A stretch of DNA of 63,542 nucleotides, counting the filler, from Octopus bimaculoides (Eukaryota): NCBI RefSeq assembly GCF_001194135.2. It is 7 parts of 6 records of this genome, joined end to end, with 100 filler letters (N's around TTAATTAATTAA, not from the genome) between each part and the next. Parts side by side here need not be neighbours in the genome. Positions count along the whole stretch, not along the records: positions 35,492 to 41,768 come from NC_068987.1; positions 41,869 to 48,370 come from NC_068981.1; positions 48,471 to 60,567 come from NC_068996.1; 4 more parts are not named here. One strand, 5' to 3'. The notes beneath the pieces were generated by a model, which saw only the letters and a list, made by a program, of their open reading frames with translations, searched no databases and was not told where the DNA came from. Within the stretch, counting starts at the first letter, position 1, and the number at the start of each line of letters is the position of its first letter. The position numbers and the translations under genes were made by a program. Of this stretch, positions 36,029-49,699 are shown piece after piece.

Positions 36029-36619
36029 TGGCACTCCAACACATGACGATGTTGCTACTGTTTAACCCCAGGAAAACGTCTTTTCAAGCTGGCTAACAAC
36101 ACACAGTTTGTGTCCGTATAGTATGAGCAAGAAGTTTATCGCTCCCATTTTTAGCCTTCGTGATACTCACAGACCTAGGATTTGTGTTGCTTCTCATCTT
36201 CTGTGCGAGATAATCATAACTCAGTGATGAGGGCTTACTCGACTTGCTCATATTATATACTTTATAAAGCGACACAACAACGCTGATCTCATAAAGGGAA
36301 AAAAACAACTAGTTCTATATCGCTGAGCGAGACATCTGCAGTAACAGTACCGAACCGTAAACAACAAAATATTGCAGTTCTACACAGGATGATGCTACTA
36401 CTGGTTAGCCCCAGGAAAACATCTTTTCCAGCAGGCTACAGACACACAGTTTGTGTCCGTGTAGTATGAGGACGATGTGAGTATCACGAAGGCTAAAGAT
36501 GGGAGCGATAAACTCCCCTATTCTTACTATACGGACACAAACTGTGTGTCGGTAGCCAGCTGGAAAAGATATTTTCCTGTGGTTGAACAGTAGCAACATC
36601 GTCATGTGTAAGACTGCCA
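36029..36619. mobile_element. Foldback element with approx. 140-bp inverted arms and an internal partial direct copy
   Basis: 36029-36171 is mirrored by 36476-36619, and 36385-36470 repeats the first approx. 85 bp of the left arm. Confidence 0.85.
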
Positions 36620-36657
36620 CATTCTGTGGGAAATAAACTTTACTATATACACATAAA

Positions 36658-36728
<71 letters not shown>

Positions 36729-39322
36729 GTTTTTCCCTCCACCAAATCATGACAACCGATGCCGCTTTGTCTACGTCGCCGTAACTTAGGGTTCGGTGAA
36801 AGAGACTGACAGAATAAGTACAAGGCTTTAAAAAATAAGTACCGGGGTATATTCGATCGACTAAAAGCCTTTCAGGCGGTACCCAGCGTTGTCGCAGTCC
36901 AATGACTGAAACAAGTAAAAGACGAAAGATAGTGAATGGCGTTTTACAAATTAAAACACTAAGGAAAAACATGAACCATAAACAGAAATCTTTAAACAAG
37001 GAAATGGCGAATACTAAGATAGGAAGTATAATCAAGTGTAACTGGTGACAGATTCAGAAACTCGATAAAACTTGAAAACAACTTGAAAGCTCCAGGTATT
37101 AGCAAAATACAATAGTTCTAGCTGAAATACCTAACCAGCAATCATGCATATATAGCTAGAACATTCAGAGAATTTGTGGTGATAAATTAGATAACTGTTG
37201 AAGTCAGCAAAACGGGAGAAAACACCTTAGCAGGGTATGAATTGATTACTGAAATTCATTTGATGGCATGCCGTTCTCTTTGATAGAAGGGTCACGCCAT
37301 ATCAATGACCCGGTTCTATTACACCAAACACGCAATTTCAAGATGAAAGACACAAACATATCATCACAGGGTAAACAAAAAAATCAATTAAAATTGATCC
37401 TATCTTGCTAAGAAAAGCACCTCTGAAAATGAATTATTCTTTCTTTTGTTTAATTTTAACCCAAATAATTTAGTGAATGAACCCGCGAGAGTTTACAAAT
37501 GCAATGGACAAATAATCGAATAAAATGAATCCTGGTGTACGGAACCAAACCTCGGAGAAAAATCTACCTAAATGTGTTCGCGAAGTCATCTGTGATACAA
37601 AATATAGTACGATGCAAAGTTCTAACAGCAGCTCAGAGTATTAAATTAAAATCAAATATTTAGATCAGAGACTTAGATTCATAATCACCCACACATATAA
37701 TCAGAAGCAGGTGTAACTGATAACCAGCAAGACATAAATGAAAGAGAAAATTAGAAAATAGTATAATAATAGGAAGTTAAGTGAATTAAAGAGACTTAAT
37801 TGGAGAAATATGTAACTTCACAACTTTCTGGATTCCACATACTACATATAAGGAATATAACTCCTGATACACAGTATAGATAGGGCCTGATATAATGTAA
37901 CATCCAGTTTATAAAAATACTTACAATCTAGCAGCAAATACAGAAAATGACATATAGTCAACATGCAACAAAGCTCAAGCGATAGGCCAAATACTGTATT
38001 CTAAATATAAACAAGAAGGTATGATTTTAACCGAATAAAAGAAGCGATTGGCCATACAAAACTATAAAAGTAATGCAATTCAACAAAAACTCAAACGTAG
38101 ACTATGTAATAAGCACTATTCTATGATTGACTACATTATCAAATGTATTGAATTAAACAAGCAATTTCAATAGTATCATAGACAAACTACAACGCGTCGT
38201 CTTTCCTTTTGTTAAACGGTATGGCATCATTTGAAGTAATTTAGATGCAATTTCTTGGAAAGGTAATCGTTAGATTATAGTGAAAAACACTTGTAGAACA
38301 CGAGTACTACTCTCTAAGTCACTTTGATTAGAACCTAGAAACAGTCCGAAGCCAGGTAACCAGTAATCACGTGCAACCGTAGGTTTTGCAGTAATGTCCC
38401 TTTCCCAAGCTGCTTTGACAACAGCTACGGGTCACTCAAGTCCAGCAGTTTTAATTGTATGCTCGTTAACACTCTTGAGATCATTCGCCCTTTGACGGAT
38501 TTTATTTATCTTCCCGCTTGGTGCCCAGAAGCCACCCTGATCACCAAGCATATATACGTGTGCATCATGTGCATGACTTTAAACTGCATCCAATTGTGGA
38601 TTCTGGTTCGGAGTTTCAGCATTTTGAGGAGTGTGAAACCACCACTTAGTCACTATTATTCCAAGGTCTACTCTGAGCCAGAGTAGTAGCATCTGTCTGG
38701 GTTCCAGTTATGGGTTAAATACCATGTAACCACTCAGGCCATGACACGGTGTAATTATAGGATATAGCATGGTTCATGTAATCTATTTCGGCAAATGAAT
38801 TTTATAGAATCAAAGGCAAAATATCAGTAGAAGTTAAATGAGAGAACATACAGCAAACTGACAAGGACGAGAATCAACCAAATCAATCGGGTGAACAACT
38901 GTTACCGTCTGTAGTCGTGGCGTGTGCAGATGGAATATCACAAGAACATGTCCAACTGTTCGACACGTAAATATATCTCCTATTTCATTTCGACTATGAG
39001 ATTTCAGTTATTTGTTCAACTGAGTTAGCTCCTCATAGAATTAAGTGTAAGTAACTGAGTACTACATAGACATGTCTTCTATATGTGTGTCTGTTAATGA
39101 GTGTATATTTTTGTTGTTGATGTCATAAGAATTTATAAACATTGGAAAGAACGTGGAAGAATTCTTTCTTCTAAACTGGATCTCGATGTACACATTAAGC
39201 TATAAATAATAGCATGTCAATATTGGTTTAAAAGCCCTTTTGGATAGAAAATGTCAAAGGCCGACGGAGGGACTCGAACTCACACCTGTATGCATAACAG
39301 GTGTTCTACAATTGTGTACTTA

Positions 39323-39528
39323 CGAGGGGGTGCTGAAAATTTCCTGGCTTTAAGCGTATCGCGAAAGGCCTGGTTGGAGGCCGAACCTTTCGAGTTCATT
39401 TACAGAGCTTAGGAAAACTGCAATAAGTTTGTGAATCTGAGAAGGGAATAGATTGGATAAAATCATAATTAACTGACTCTCCTGTATTTCCTTTTACCCA
39501 AAGCCAGGAACTTTTCAGCAACCCCTTG
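39323..39528. mobile_element. mariner-derived MITE, 206 bp, TA target duplication
   Basis: TA-cgagggggtgctgaaaatttcctggcttt ... aaagccaggaacttttcagcaaccccttg-TA. Confidence 0.9.
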
Positions 39529-39686
39529 TACGTATATGTATATACTCTCAAATCTTTGATATTGTAACTTACCCCAAGTACAATATTTTCCCATTTTTCT
39601 GCTCATTTCATCCCATCTTTTTCACTCTCTATCATTGCTATTAGTCTCTTCTTTCTCTCAATGCCATTAGTATTTCTCTAACTTCC

Positions 39687-39735
<49 letters not shown>

Positions 39736-40129
39736 NNNNNNNNNNNNNNNNNNNNNNNNNNNNNNNNNNNNNNNNNNNNNNNNNNNNNNNNNNNNNNNNN
39801 NNNNNNNNNNNNNNNNNNNNNNNNNNNNNNNNNNNNNNNNNNNNNNNNNNNNNNNNNNNNNNNNNNNNNNNNNNNNNNNNNNNNNNNNNNNNNNNNNNNN
39901 NNNNNNNNNNNNNNNNNNNNNNNNNNNNNNNNNNNNNNNNNNNNNNNNNNNNNNNNNNNNNNNNNNNNNNNNNNNNNNNNNNNNNNNNNNNNNNNNNNNN
40001 NNNNNNNNNNNNNNNNNNNNNNNNNNNNNNNNNNNNNNNNNNNNNNNNNNNNNNNNNNNNNNNNNNNNNNNNNNNNNNNNNNNNNNNNNNNNNNNNNNNN
40101 NNNNNNNNNNNNNNNNNNNNNNNNNNNNN

Positions 40130-40180
<51 letters not shown>

Positions 40181-41565
40181 CGTTTCTCTTATACACGCAC
40201 AAGGACGTAAGTTCACCCACACAACCGAATATTTTACGAATTTATTCTATTTCACGCAGACGTGTCTTTCAGCCAACGTAGCGTTGTCTCTGATCTGTTA
40301 CCTAATCTTTCGATCGCCTATCTCACTCATTCACTCTTCTTCTCTTTCTCTTGCTCTTTCTCCCCTTCTCTCTTTCTCCCCCTTTCTCTCTCACCGTCTC
40401 TCTCTCTCTATTTCGTTCTCTCTCTCTCTCACTCTCTCTCCCTCTGCGCACCTTTCTCTCAATCTTTATCTGTAATTTTCGCACATTATCTTTCAGTTTC
40501 TCTCATTCACGTTAATATCTTGATTTCATTTCATGTCGAAAATAGTACGATGTTTGACAACGAGAATAAATGATAGCCAGTGCATTAGAACCAATTAGGA
40601 ATAATTAAGGTCACAGGAGGGTAATTAGGATCAGTTCTTAATGAAATGTAATTATTACAGATGATACTTTTTTGATGAGGAAAGAGGCAAAGCAAACGAA
40701 GAGTGATAGACAACCAACAGTCGTTGTCAATCTCAAGCTGTACCGAATAACACCACTAAAGAATATATCAAAATACAATTATTTCCAAGTGGAGATGAAA
40801 CAATAATATTCATGAGTTAGATGGAATTAATTTACCATCAGCCTAGAATATTCCAATTTTTATGTAAATCTTTCGAAGAGTGAATTTCAAAATAGATTTT
40901 CAGCAACATGTTCAGAAAGCACATGATTAAACTAACGTAATTTTCTAATATCAACGCAATTAATCTTAGTTTTTTTATCCTCTTATTTTTGTTATTACTC
41001 TTGTTATATCACTGTAAAGTTATATCTTGGAAATTTGTATTATTTTCTTTTAAATTTTCGTTTAAATATGGAAATACGAAGGTGGTGAAAGCCAGTAAAA
41101 CGAGTTAAAAAGCGGAGAGAGGGAAGAAAAAAAAGTGATGTGTCCCACTGGAAGAAGAAAACGCATCAAAACCTCAAAATATGTGCACAACAGCTATTGT
41201 TTAACCCCGAGTCGACACTGACTGTCCAGAACTATAGTCAGTATGACTACTCCGTATTTCTATGTGACATTGCGTATGTACGACTGAATCCTATGACATG
41301 TTCATTCCTCTACAAGACGTTGCTAATTTAATTCTGCTGCAACTCGTTTTAACATTTTACAGTTACACAATGTGGAGAGATTGAATGGAGAGCGAGCAGA
41401 ACGTTACAGGCACTGGACAAATGCATAACAGCATTTCTTCCGTCTCTTTACGATCTGAGCTCAAATACTGCCGAGGTCGATATTGCCTTTCATCATTTTG
41501 GTGTCGATGTAATACACTAGCACCATCAAGCAAAATTTCAGGCCGCGTATCCATAATAGAAAGCA

Positions 41566-41631
<66 letters not shown>

Positions 41632-41868
41632 GAGTGAGTGAGAGAGCAGTGCATGCCATCAATGTGACACTAGGGTAAAATATACGAAGCCCATTATACC
41701 CATCATGACTACCTGTCTGATAAGGGTACACTAGGCACATGCATCACAACCATATGTGCACGACATGGNNNNNNNNNNNNNNNNNNNNNNNNNNNNNNNN
41801 NNNNNNNNNNNNTTAATTAATTAANNNNNNNNNNNNNNNNNNNNNNNNNNNNNNNNNNNNNNNNNNNN

Positions 41869-42281
41869 TTATGTTCTTATATGTCGCATTCACACTCTCA
41901 CACAGACATACATCTTTAACGCTACAATAAATATTTCTGTTATTCATCTAATACGGTTGTGGTCTTTCATTACTGGTCATCTATGTTATCGTCGCATAAC
42001 ATATCATCAATATCATCTTTGATATATATATTTGTATGTTCGACCGTGTGACACGTTTAAATAAAAGGAGCCCTCTGTTTTTCCATTCGTCACCATTGCT
42101 CCTTTTTGAGTTCGCACGGTCGTCCCTTACAATTGGTGACCCCGACGTCAGTCGTCCCTTACAATTGGTGACCCCCAACGTTGATTCGTTCACGCAGCCC
42201 TTCTGATCTGTACAGCCAACGCGAGCATGTTCACACAGTTTACCTTACAATTGGTGACCCCGACGTCGGTCGTCCCTTACA
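41869..42281 (+). mobile_element. LTR 3' end (AATAAA, ...TACA) with a reiterated tRNA-Trp primer-binding site
   Basis: TGGTGACCCCGACGT at 42134-42148 and 42252-42266, and a degenerate copy at 42166, each follow cttaca+at. The sequence is complementary to the tRNA-Trp 3' end. Confidence 0.8.
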
Positions 42282-42377
42282 TATATATATATAAAACTTA
42301 GATATGTTTTGACCAAAGATTGGTGCAGGCTATGTCTAACTTAATAGCACCACCTGATAGGATTATCTAAATCCATT

Positions 42378-43031
42378 TTAAGTCAAGTTTTGTGGCATCA
42401 TGGTCCATTCAAGTAGTGAGTTCTTGTTGAGTGAGTTGTATCCAGGTATAGGTGGCTTATCTGGTATTCCTTGAAGAAATTTATCCAGACTCCGTTTAAA
42501 GGTGATGGGATCCGTTTCCTCTTTGATCAATTTTGGGACAATGTTAAACAGGGCAGGGCCTGTTGAGGAAAAGAAATTGTGTCGCAGTGTACCTATATGT
42601 TGTGATCTTAAATTGGGTAGAGGACGTATCGCCCATGGTCCCAGCCTTGGATGAACATTGAAGTTAATGTTCAGGTCGTTTGGGCAATGCTGGCGGTATA
42701 TTCTCCACATCGTGGAAATAATGTACCGCTCACGGCGGTGCTGAAGAAAGTAGAGTTTCAAGGCTTTAAGGCGGTCCCAGTAATCGAGATCAGTCATGCC
42801 CTTAATTCGTTTAGTGAATGCCCTCTGGGGTGCATCAATTTTCGAGATGTTTTGTTTTGTATGGGGAGACCACAGGGGGCAGCAGTATTCGAGGTGTGGT
42901 CGTACAAAGGAAAAGAAAAGTGGAATGATGACACCTTGTTCTCTGAACAGGAAGGTTCTTAAGATCCAGGAGCTTATCCTATTAGCTATATCGACCAAGC
43001 CGAAGGCAGCCTGTGAGAGTCGGACCCACAT
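42378..43031 (-). mobile_element. CR1-clade LINE RT C-terminal fragment, open for 217 codons
   Basis: FVRPHLEYCCPLWSP, QRAFTKRIKGM, YWDRLKALKLY..Q.RRERY, FKRSLDKFL. Confidence 0.92.
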
Positions 43032-43045
43032 CGCCTACAAACACC

Positions 43046-43116
<71 letters not shown>

Positions 43117-43174
43117 ACACATCCATACTATATATACATAGGTGTGTGTGTGTGTAAGTGCATATGTGTGTGTG

Positions 43175-43460
43175 CCACTAGGCGTGGCTGTGTGGGAAGA
43201 AGCTTGCTTCCCAACCATATGGTTCCGGGTTCTGTCCCACTACGTTGAACCGTGGGTAAGTGTCTTCTACATAGCCAAAGCTTTGAGTGGATTTAGCAGA
43301 CGGAAACTGAGAGAAGCCCATCACGTATATGCATATATCTATGTGTATGTGACTTTGTGTCTGTGTTTGTCCACCCATCACTGCTTGACGACCGGTGTTA
43401 GTGTGTTTACGTCTCCGTAACGTAACTGTTCGGTAAAACAGACCGATAGAATAAGTCCTG
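43175..43460 (+). mobile_element. SINE family A, 3'-truncated
   Basis: ggcgtggctgtgtgggaagaagcttgcttcccaaccatatggttccgggttc head and body. Confidence 0.85.
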
Positions 43461-43482
43461 AAGTCTACAATGTATACAATTC

Positions 43483-43522
<40 letters not shown>

Positions 43523-44308
43523 NNNNNNNNNNNNNNNNNNNNNNNNNNNNNNNNNNNNNNNNNNNNNNNNNNNNNNNNNNNNNNNNNNNNNNNNNNNNNN
43601 NNNNNNNNNNNNNNNNNNNNNNATCTATTTTTCTCTATCTATCTGTCTATCAGTCTGCCCGTCTGCTTGTCTGTCTGTCTGTGTCTATCTGTTTGTCTGC
43701 CTGTCTGCTTGTCTCTCTGTTTGTCTGTCTGTCTGCTTGTCTGTCTGTCTATATACATACATATATACACACACATGCATACGTACACAATACATAAACA
43801 CATATATATGTATGCATGCAAGTACGTATATATATGTATGTATGTACATACGCATACATACACACACATACATACATTACCTACATACATACAGACGTGT
43901 ATGCATACATACGTACATACGTACATGCATACATATATATACATACATACATACATACATACATACATTACATAACATACTGAAGTTGTGTCTGTAGTCA
44001 GCCCTAAAATCACGTGAGTTGTCACTTCATTTAGATCAGTCAATCTTGCATTTCATGTCCGACGGAGCCAATCTTGTTTTGTCTATTTACAATCTAATCA
44101 GAAATGTGTAAATCCACTCGTAATTAACGGCTTTTATGCCCTCGTTAGATGTTGTTTAAACATATTGCTTTTTAAATAGGGCGTTTCGTATGTGTATATG
44201 TATATATGTATTTAAGCACATATGTATAAATGAAATCTATGTATAAATACGTATATACATACATCTCCTATATATATGTATATATCTATATCTACATCTA
44301 TATCTATA

Positions 44309-44344
<36 letters not shown>

Positions 44345-44635
44345 NNNNNNNNNNNNNNNNNNNNNNNNNNNNNNNNNNNNNNNNNNNNNNNNNNNNNNNN
44401 NNNNNNNNNNNNNNNNNNNNNNNNNNNNNNNNNNNNNNNNNTATATATACATGTATACATATGTATATATATGTGTGTGTGTGTATGCGTATGTGTATGC
44501 ATCTATATACACATGTAGATGTAAGTATGTACATATATGTGTGTATACATGCATACATATTCTTTGTATTATTACATCATCGAACGCACACGTCCTTTTT
44601 GCAAGTAAGTTTGTACTTTATTATTCTGACGTGAC

Positions 44636-44694
<59 letters not shown>

Positions 44695-45357
44695 GTCTTC
44701 CTCTATCTTTCTATCTATCCCTCTATCTATCTACCTATAAGTCTTTCTTCTTACCCATCTCCCCCTCTCGCTCTGCTTCCTTCTGTTGTCCTGACTGCTA
44801 CTTCACTGCTACACACATCTCTCTCTTCCTACTCGTTCCACTTCCTCCCTCTACCATCCTCTCTGCTCACGTGTGACCTGTGGTCAACTCTCTTTTCACT
44901 CCAGCCACTATGAAGGCGAGACGAACTGTTAGCGTTCTAAATCAGATTCGCGTTTGGCCGTACGGCTTTTTAATGTTGTTTTCACTGTCCAATTTTTCCT
45001 GTCGGTTTGTGTTTGCCTCCTTGGAATCCTCTGTTTAGTGGGTCGATCCACTACTCAGGAAGAGACTATTCTAGAGTACGTTATGCGTTATCGTCGAAAC
45101 GTCTAGTTAGAATAGAGGCAGCTGACGAAGGAATAATTCCAAGTGGCTATCTGTTTTCCTATGTGTTCGTTCCGTTGTCTGTAGTTCATTGTTCTAACGT
45201 CCTCTACCCTGATATGCATCTATATACACATGTAGATGTAAGTATGTACATATATGTGTGTATACATGCATATATATTCTTTGTATTATATATATAGATA
45301 TATAGATAAAGGGTTAGACAGATACATACGTCGTGTGTAATATTGTCTGTCTATCTC

Positions 45358-45394
<37 letters not shown>

Positions 45395-46371
45395 NNNNNN
45401 NNNNATATATATATATATATATATATATATTTGTATATATATGTATGTATATCATATGCATATGGAAAATCCTAGAGGGGCATATTCCAAACTTCAGCAC
45501 CAGAGAGATCTTTCATGCTCGAATTGGTAGATACAGTCAGCTCTCAAATATACCACCTATGGAATCACAAATAAAAATCCTCTACTCAACTAGTCTGCTA
45601 CTTTTACACGTCCTCACCTATTCAACTCCGTACTAAAGAAATCAGAATTATAAAAAGGACCTCTACTGAAGCATTAAAGATGAACATTGCATAAACTCCT
45701 AGCGACAATACCGGACCAGCCAAGCATTCAAAGATACACTCAAGGTTTGGTGCTACAAACTCAATCATAGACCAACTTCCTGCTGTAAGCGACAACAAAA
45801 TCAATAGAAAATAAGACAAGGCTGTGCTCCAGCATGACCGCAGTCCTACAACTGAAACCATTAACAGAATAAAAGAATATATGTGTATGTATCAGTAGAC
45901 AGGTTGATGATAAATACTGTGTTAGGAAAGAAATGGGTTGAATAGCTGGATAAAAGGTACGTGTACGTGTGTGTATGTATATAAAAATATACATACATAC
46001 ATGCATACATACATACATACATGCATACATACATACATGCATACATGCATACATACATACATACATACATACATACAAGAAGAAGGACAAAGAGATAGAT
46101 GGGGAGGTTAGATGTGTAGAAATACGTGTGTCTTTTTTTATACTTTTAAAACAGTAAAATAGATATCTCTTGCATATTGAAGACTTAACATTACTTTGTC
46201 GAATTTATACAAACAAAAATGATTGTGTTGACTCTGTACGTTAAATAAGACTTGTAAAAGTGACTGACAGATGTGGGTAAAATTGAATACTTTCATATTA
46301 ACATGTTCCATTTCAATGCATATATGTATGTACGCACGTACTTACGTACTTATGTATGTATGTATGTATGT

Positions 46372-46535
<164 letters not shown>

Positions 46536-46679
46536 AAGTTCTTAAGTCTCGTCTATAACCTAGTAGAATCTTGTACATTTATATCGTAAAGCTGAAAAAG
46601 ACTCGATTTACTGTCTGGAGTGACCGAAATTCTTTCAGGTCTTCAAGGTGATAAACAGAAATATCACATACATATGCAA

Positions 46680-46732
<53 letters not shown>

Positions 46733-46879
46733 CACACATATTTATGCGTACAAAAACATGTATATGCACATTTCAGGAAGTTATAAGTTATGGCCGGTCA
46801 TAAAGCATTTAGCAGTCTAGGTGACTAGTCAGACTCATGCGGCCAAAAACGCATAACCTCTCCACAATCGGGTGCACAG

Positions 46880-47040
46880 GCGCATGAGTGGCTGTGTGGT
46901 AAGTAGTTTGCCTACCAATCACACGGTTCCGGTTTCAGTTCCACTGCGTGGCACCTTGGGCAAGTGTCTTCTATTATAGCCTCGAGCCGACCAAAACCTT
47001 GTGAGTGGATTTGGTTGACGGAAACTGAAAGAAGCCCGTC

Positions 47041-47080
<40 letters not shown>
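46880..47080 (+). mobile_element. SINE family A head ending in (TA)n and a gap
   Basis: gagtggctgtgtggtaagtagtttgcctaccaatcacacggttcc...gaagcccgtcgtatata. Confidence 0.88.
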
Positions 47081-47467
47081 NNNNNNNNNNNNNNNNNNNN
47101 NNNNNNNNNNNNNNNNNNNNNNNNNNNNNNNNNNNNNNNNNNNNNNNNNNNNNNNNNNNNNNNNNNNNNNNNNNNNNNNNNNNNNNNNNNNNNNNNNNNN
47201 NNNNNNNNNNNNNNNNNNNNNNNNNNNNNNNNNNNNNNNNNNNNNNNNNNNNNNNNNNNNNNNNNNNNNNNNNNNNNNNNNNNNNNNNNNNNNNNNNNNN
47301 NNNNNNNNNNNNNNNNNNNNNNNNNNNNNNNNNNNNNNNNNNNNNNNNNNNNNNNNNNNNNNNNNNNNNNNNNNNNNNNNNNNNNNNNNNNNNNNNNNNN
47401 NNNNNNNNNNNNNNNNNNNNNNNNNNNNNNNNNNNNNNNNNNNNNNNNNNNNNNNNNNNNNNNNNNN

Positions 47468-48370
47468 AATGTCAAGTTAAGAACCTTATTTTTGCTTTTA
47501 ATCAAGGTTCTAAGGCCGCAAAAGCTGCTCGTGACATTTGTGCTCTGTATGGAGAGGGTGCCATAGCTGAAAGAACCGCTGGTGATTGCTATGCCAAGTT
47601 CAAAAATGGAAATTTTGCCCTCAAAGACGCACCTCATCTTGGCCGTCCAGTTGAGTTCGATGAAGAGCGATTAAACCAACTTTTGTATGAAAATTCTTGT
47701 CAAACGACAAGGGAACTGGCAGAGAAAATGGAATGCTCCCACACTGCTATAAAGAAGCATCTTCACTCGTTGGAAAAGGTTCAGAAATATGGAGCATGAT
47801 TTGCGCATGCTTTAAGTGACAACAACAAAAAACAATCTCCGCTGGTTTGCTTGCTCATCACCGCTCAACTCATGGACTTTACCGAATCGTTACTGCTTGT
47901 ACATCAGTATAAAGCAGCGTAAGGAATGGCTTAGCCCCGGTAAACAAGCGACACCGCGCGTGAAACAAGATCTTCATCCGCGTAAAACGATGTTGTGCGT
48001 ATGGTGGGACTGGGAAGGGATTATCCATTACGAATTGCTTGAGCGGAACAACAGATGGAACGACTCAACACGGCGGTTCAAGAGGAAAGACCTAATCGGC
48101 AGCATGGAATTCTGTTGCACGACAACGCCCGCCCTCATATCGCCAATATGACCAAGGAAGCCATTCAAACGCATAGCTATGAAGTACTACCACATCCACC
48201 GTACTCTCCTGATTTGGCACCAACGGATTTCCACCTCTTTCGATCTCTTTCAAATGCTATGCGCGGAGTTTTGTTCAATATTGATGCAAAATAGAGAGCT
48301 TGATTGGCTCAATTTTTCGAGTCGAAATCGGGTGATTTCTACCAACGAGGTATTGAAAATGTTGTTGAAA
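47468..48370 (+). pseudogene. mariner (DD34D, Mos1/SETMAR-like) transposase pseudogene
   Basis: GRPVEFDEERL, KTMLCVWWDWEGIIHYELL, LLHDNARPH and HPPYSPDLAPTDFHLFRSL, with stops and frameshifts, cut by a linker. Confidence 0.93.
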
Positions 48371-48541
48371 NNNNNNNNNNNNNNNNNNNNNNNNNNNNNN
48401 NNNNNNNNNNNNNNTTAATTAATTAANNNNNNNNNNNNNNNNNNNNNNNNNNNNNNNNNNNNNNNNNNNNGTACCTGACCCTTCCACAAAAAGTTGAAGA
48501 GCAAGCGTACTATCTTGGTTAACCAACGGTCAATAGTAGCA

Positions 48542-48546
48542 ATAAC

Positions 48547-48601
<55 letters not shown>

Positions 48602-48624
48602 ATAGTAGTAGTAGCAGCAGCAGC

Positions 48625-48662
<38 letters not shown>

Positions 48663-48692
48663 CAGCAGCAGCAGTAGCAGAAGCAGCAGCAA

Positions 48693-48743
<51 letters not shown>

Positions 48744-48781
48744 CAGCAGCAGCAGCAGCGGTAGTAGTAGTAGTAGTAGTG
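48542..48781. repeat. Compound (AGT)n/(AGC)n trinucleotide tract
   Basis: Direct reading. It explains the poly-T/V/L ORFs. Confidence 0.95.
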
Positions 48782-49699
48782 GTGGGAGATATGAAATAAG
48801 GAAGAGCAGCATTATGCTGAGGTTGGGTAGTTACTAAATTTGAAGGAGTCTGAATTACAAAACAGCTTGATACATTGATCAACGGAAATGAAGAAATTCC
48901 TGAGTGAATAAAGTTTTGATGAACAGTAAGTTTGTTTGAACGCTACTTCAAAAAGGAATGCTGTGAATAACTACTAAAGCCATATCATGCCTTCCACTGA
49001 TGTGGAATCTGTTCAGTGGAATAATATATACAATTCTTGATGATACCGGAATTCTATCTGTTGAGCAATAGATCTATATATTGCCGGACGCTAAAGTCTA
49101 GCTACTCATAGATAAAATGGGGGTGAAAAATTTTCTGGGAAGGAAGACAAATTTAAACTGGATAGATTACTTTGTCGTTTACAATTACTTCTGGAGTTTT
49201 CCCCACATAATGTCATTTTTCGACGCCATCCATATTCACCACACAACTCCAAAGGAATCATTCTTGTGACATTATCGAGTTATCGTTTGTAGTCTTTTTG
49301 ATCCACCTTCCTCGCCCATAACTTTTTATTTCATGATAGAATCATATTCCGAGGAGTAACACCAATGTGACCTTTTTAATGGTTTAATTATAAATAGGAA
49401 AATACACCTATAGCCCATAGTTTTCTTAATAGTTTAAACATTGGTGGAAGACTAATATATTTCGTAGAAGAGTAATCCGTTTTAAACATCACTCATAGGT
49501 GTCGCAGTAGCACTCATGATGCATTTTGGTGTTTTAGTTATAGCGGAGCGGTGGTTTTGCAAAAGTGTTCTTAATGGGTGGGAGGTAAAGCGAAAAGGAG
49601 TGAGAAAGCAGAGATGTCGCCTGATAATTAGCCGAGGAAAGACTGCAACAAAAGTATACAAAGGTGAAGTGGTGGTGCTAAACGACGTAATGAATTAAA

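Noticed and set aside
37100-38300. Possible decayed LINE/PLE coding remnant (similar stretches at 5950-6350, 11080-11650 and 59000-59700)
   Set aside because: The motifs are too degraded to assign by eye.
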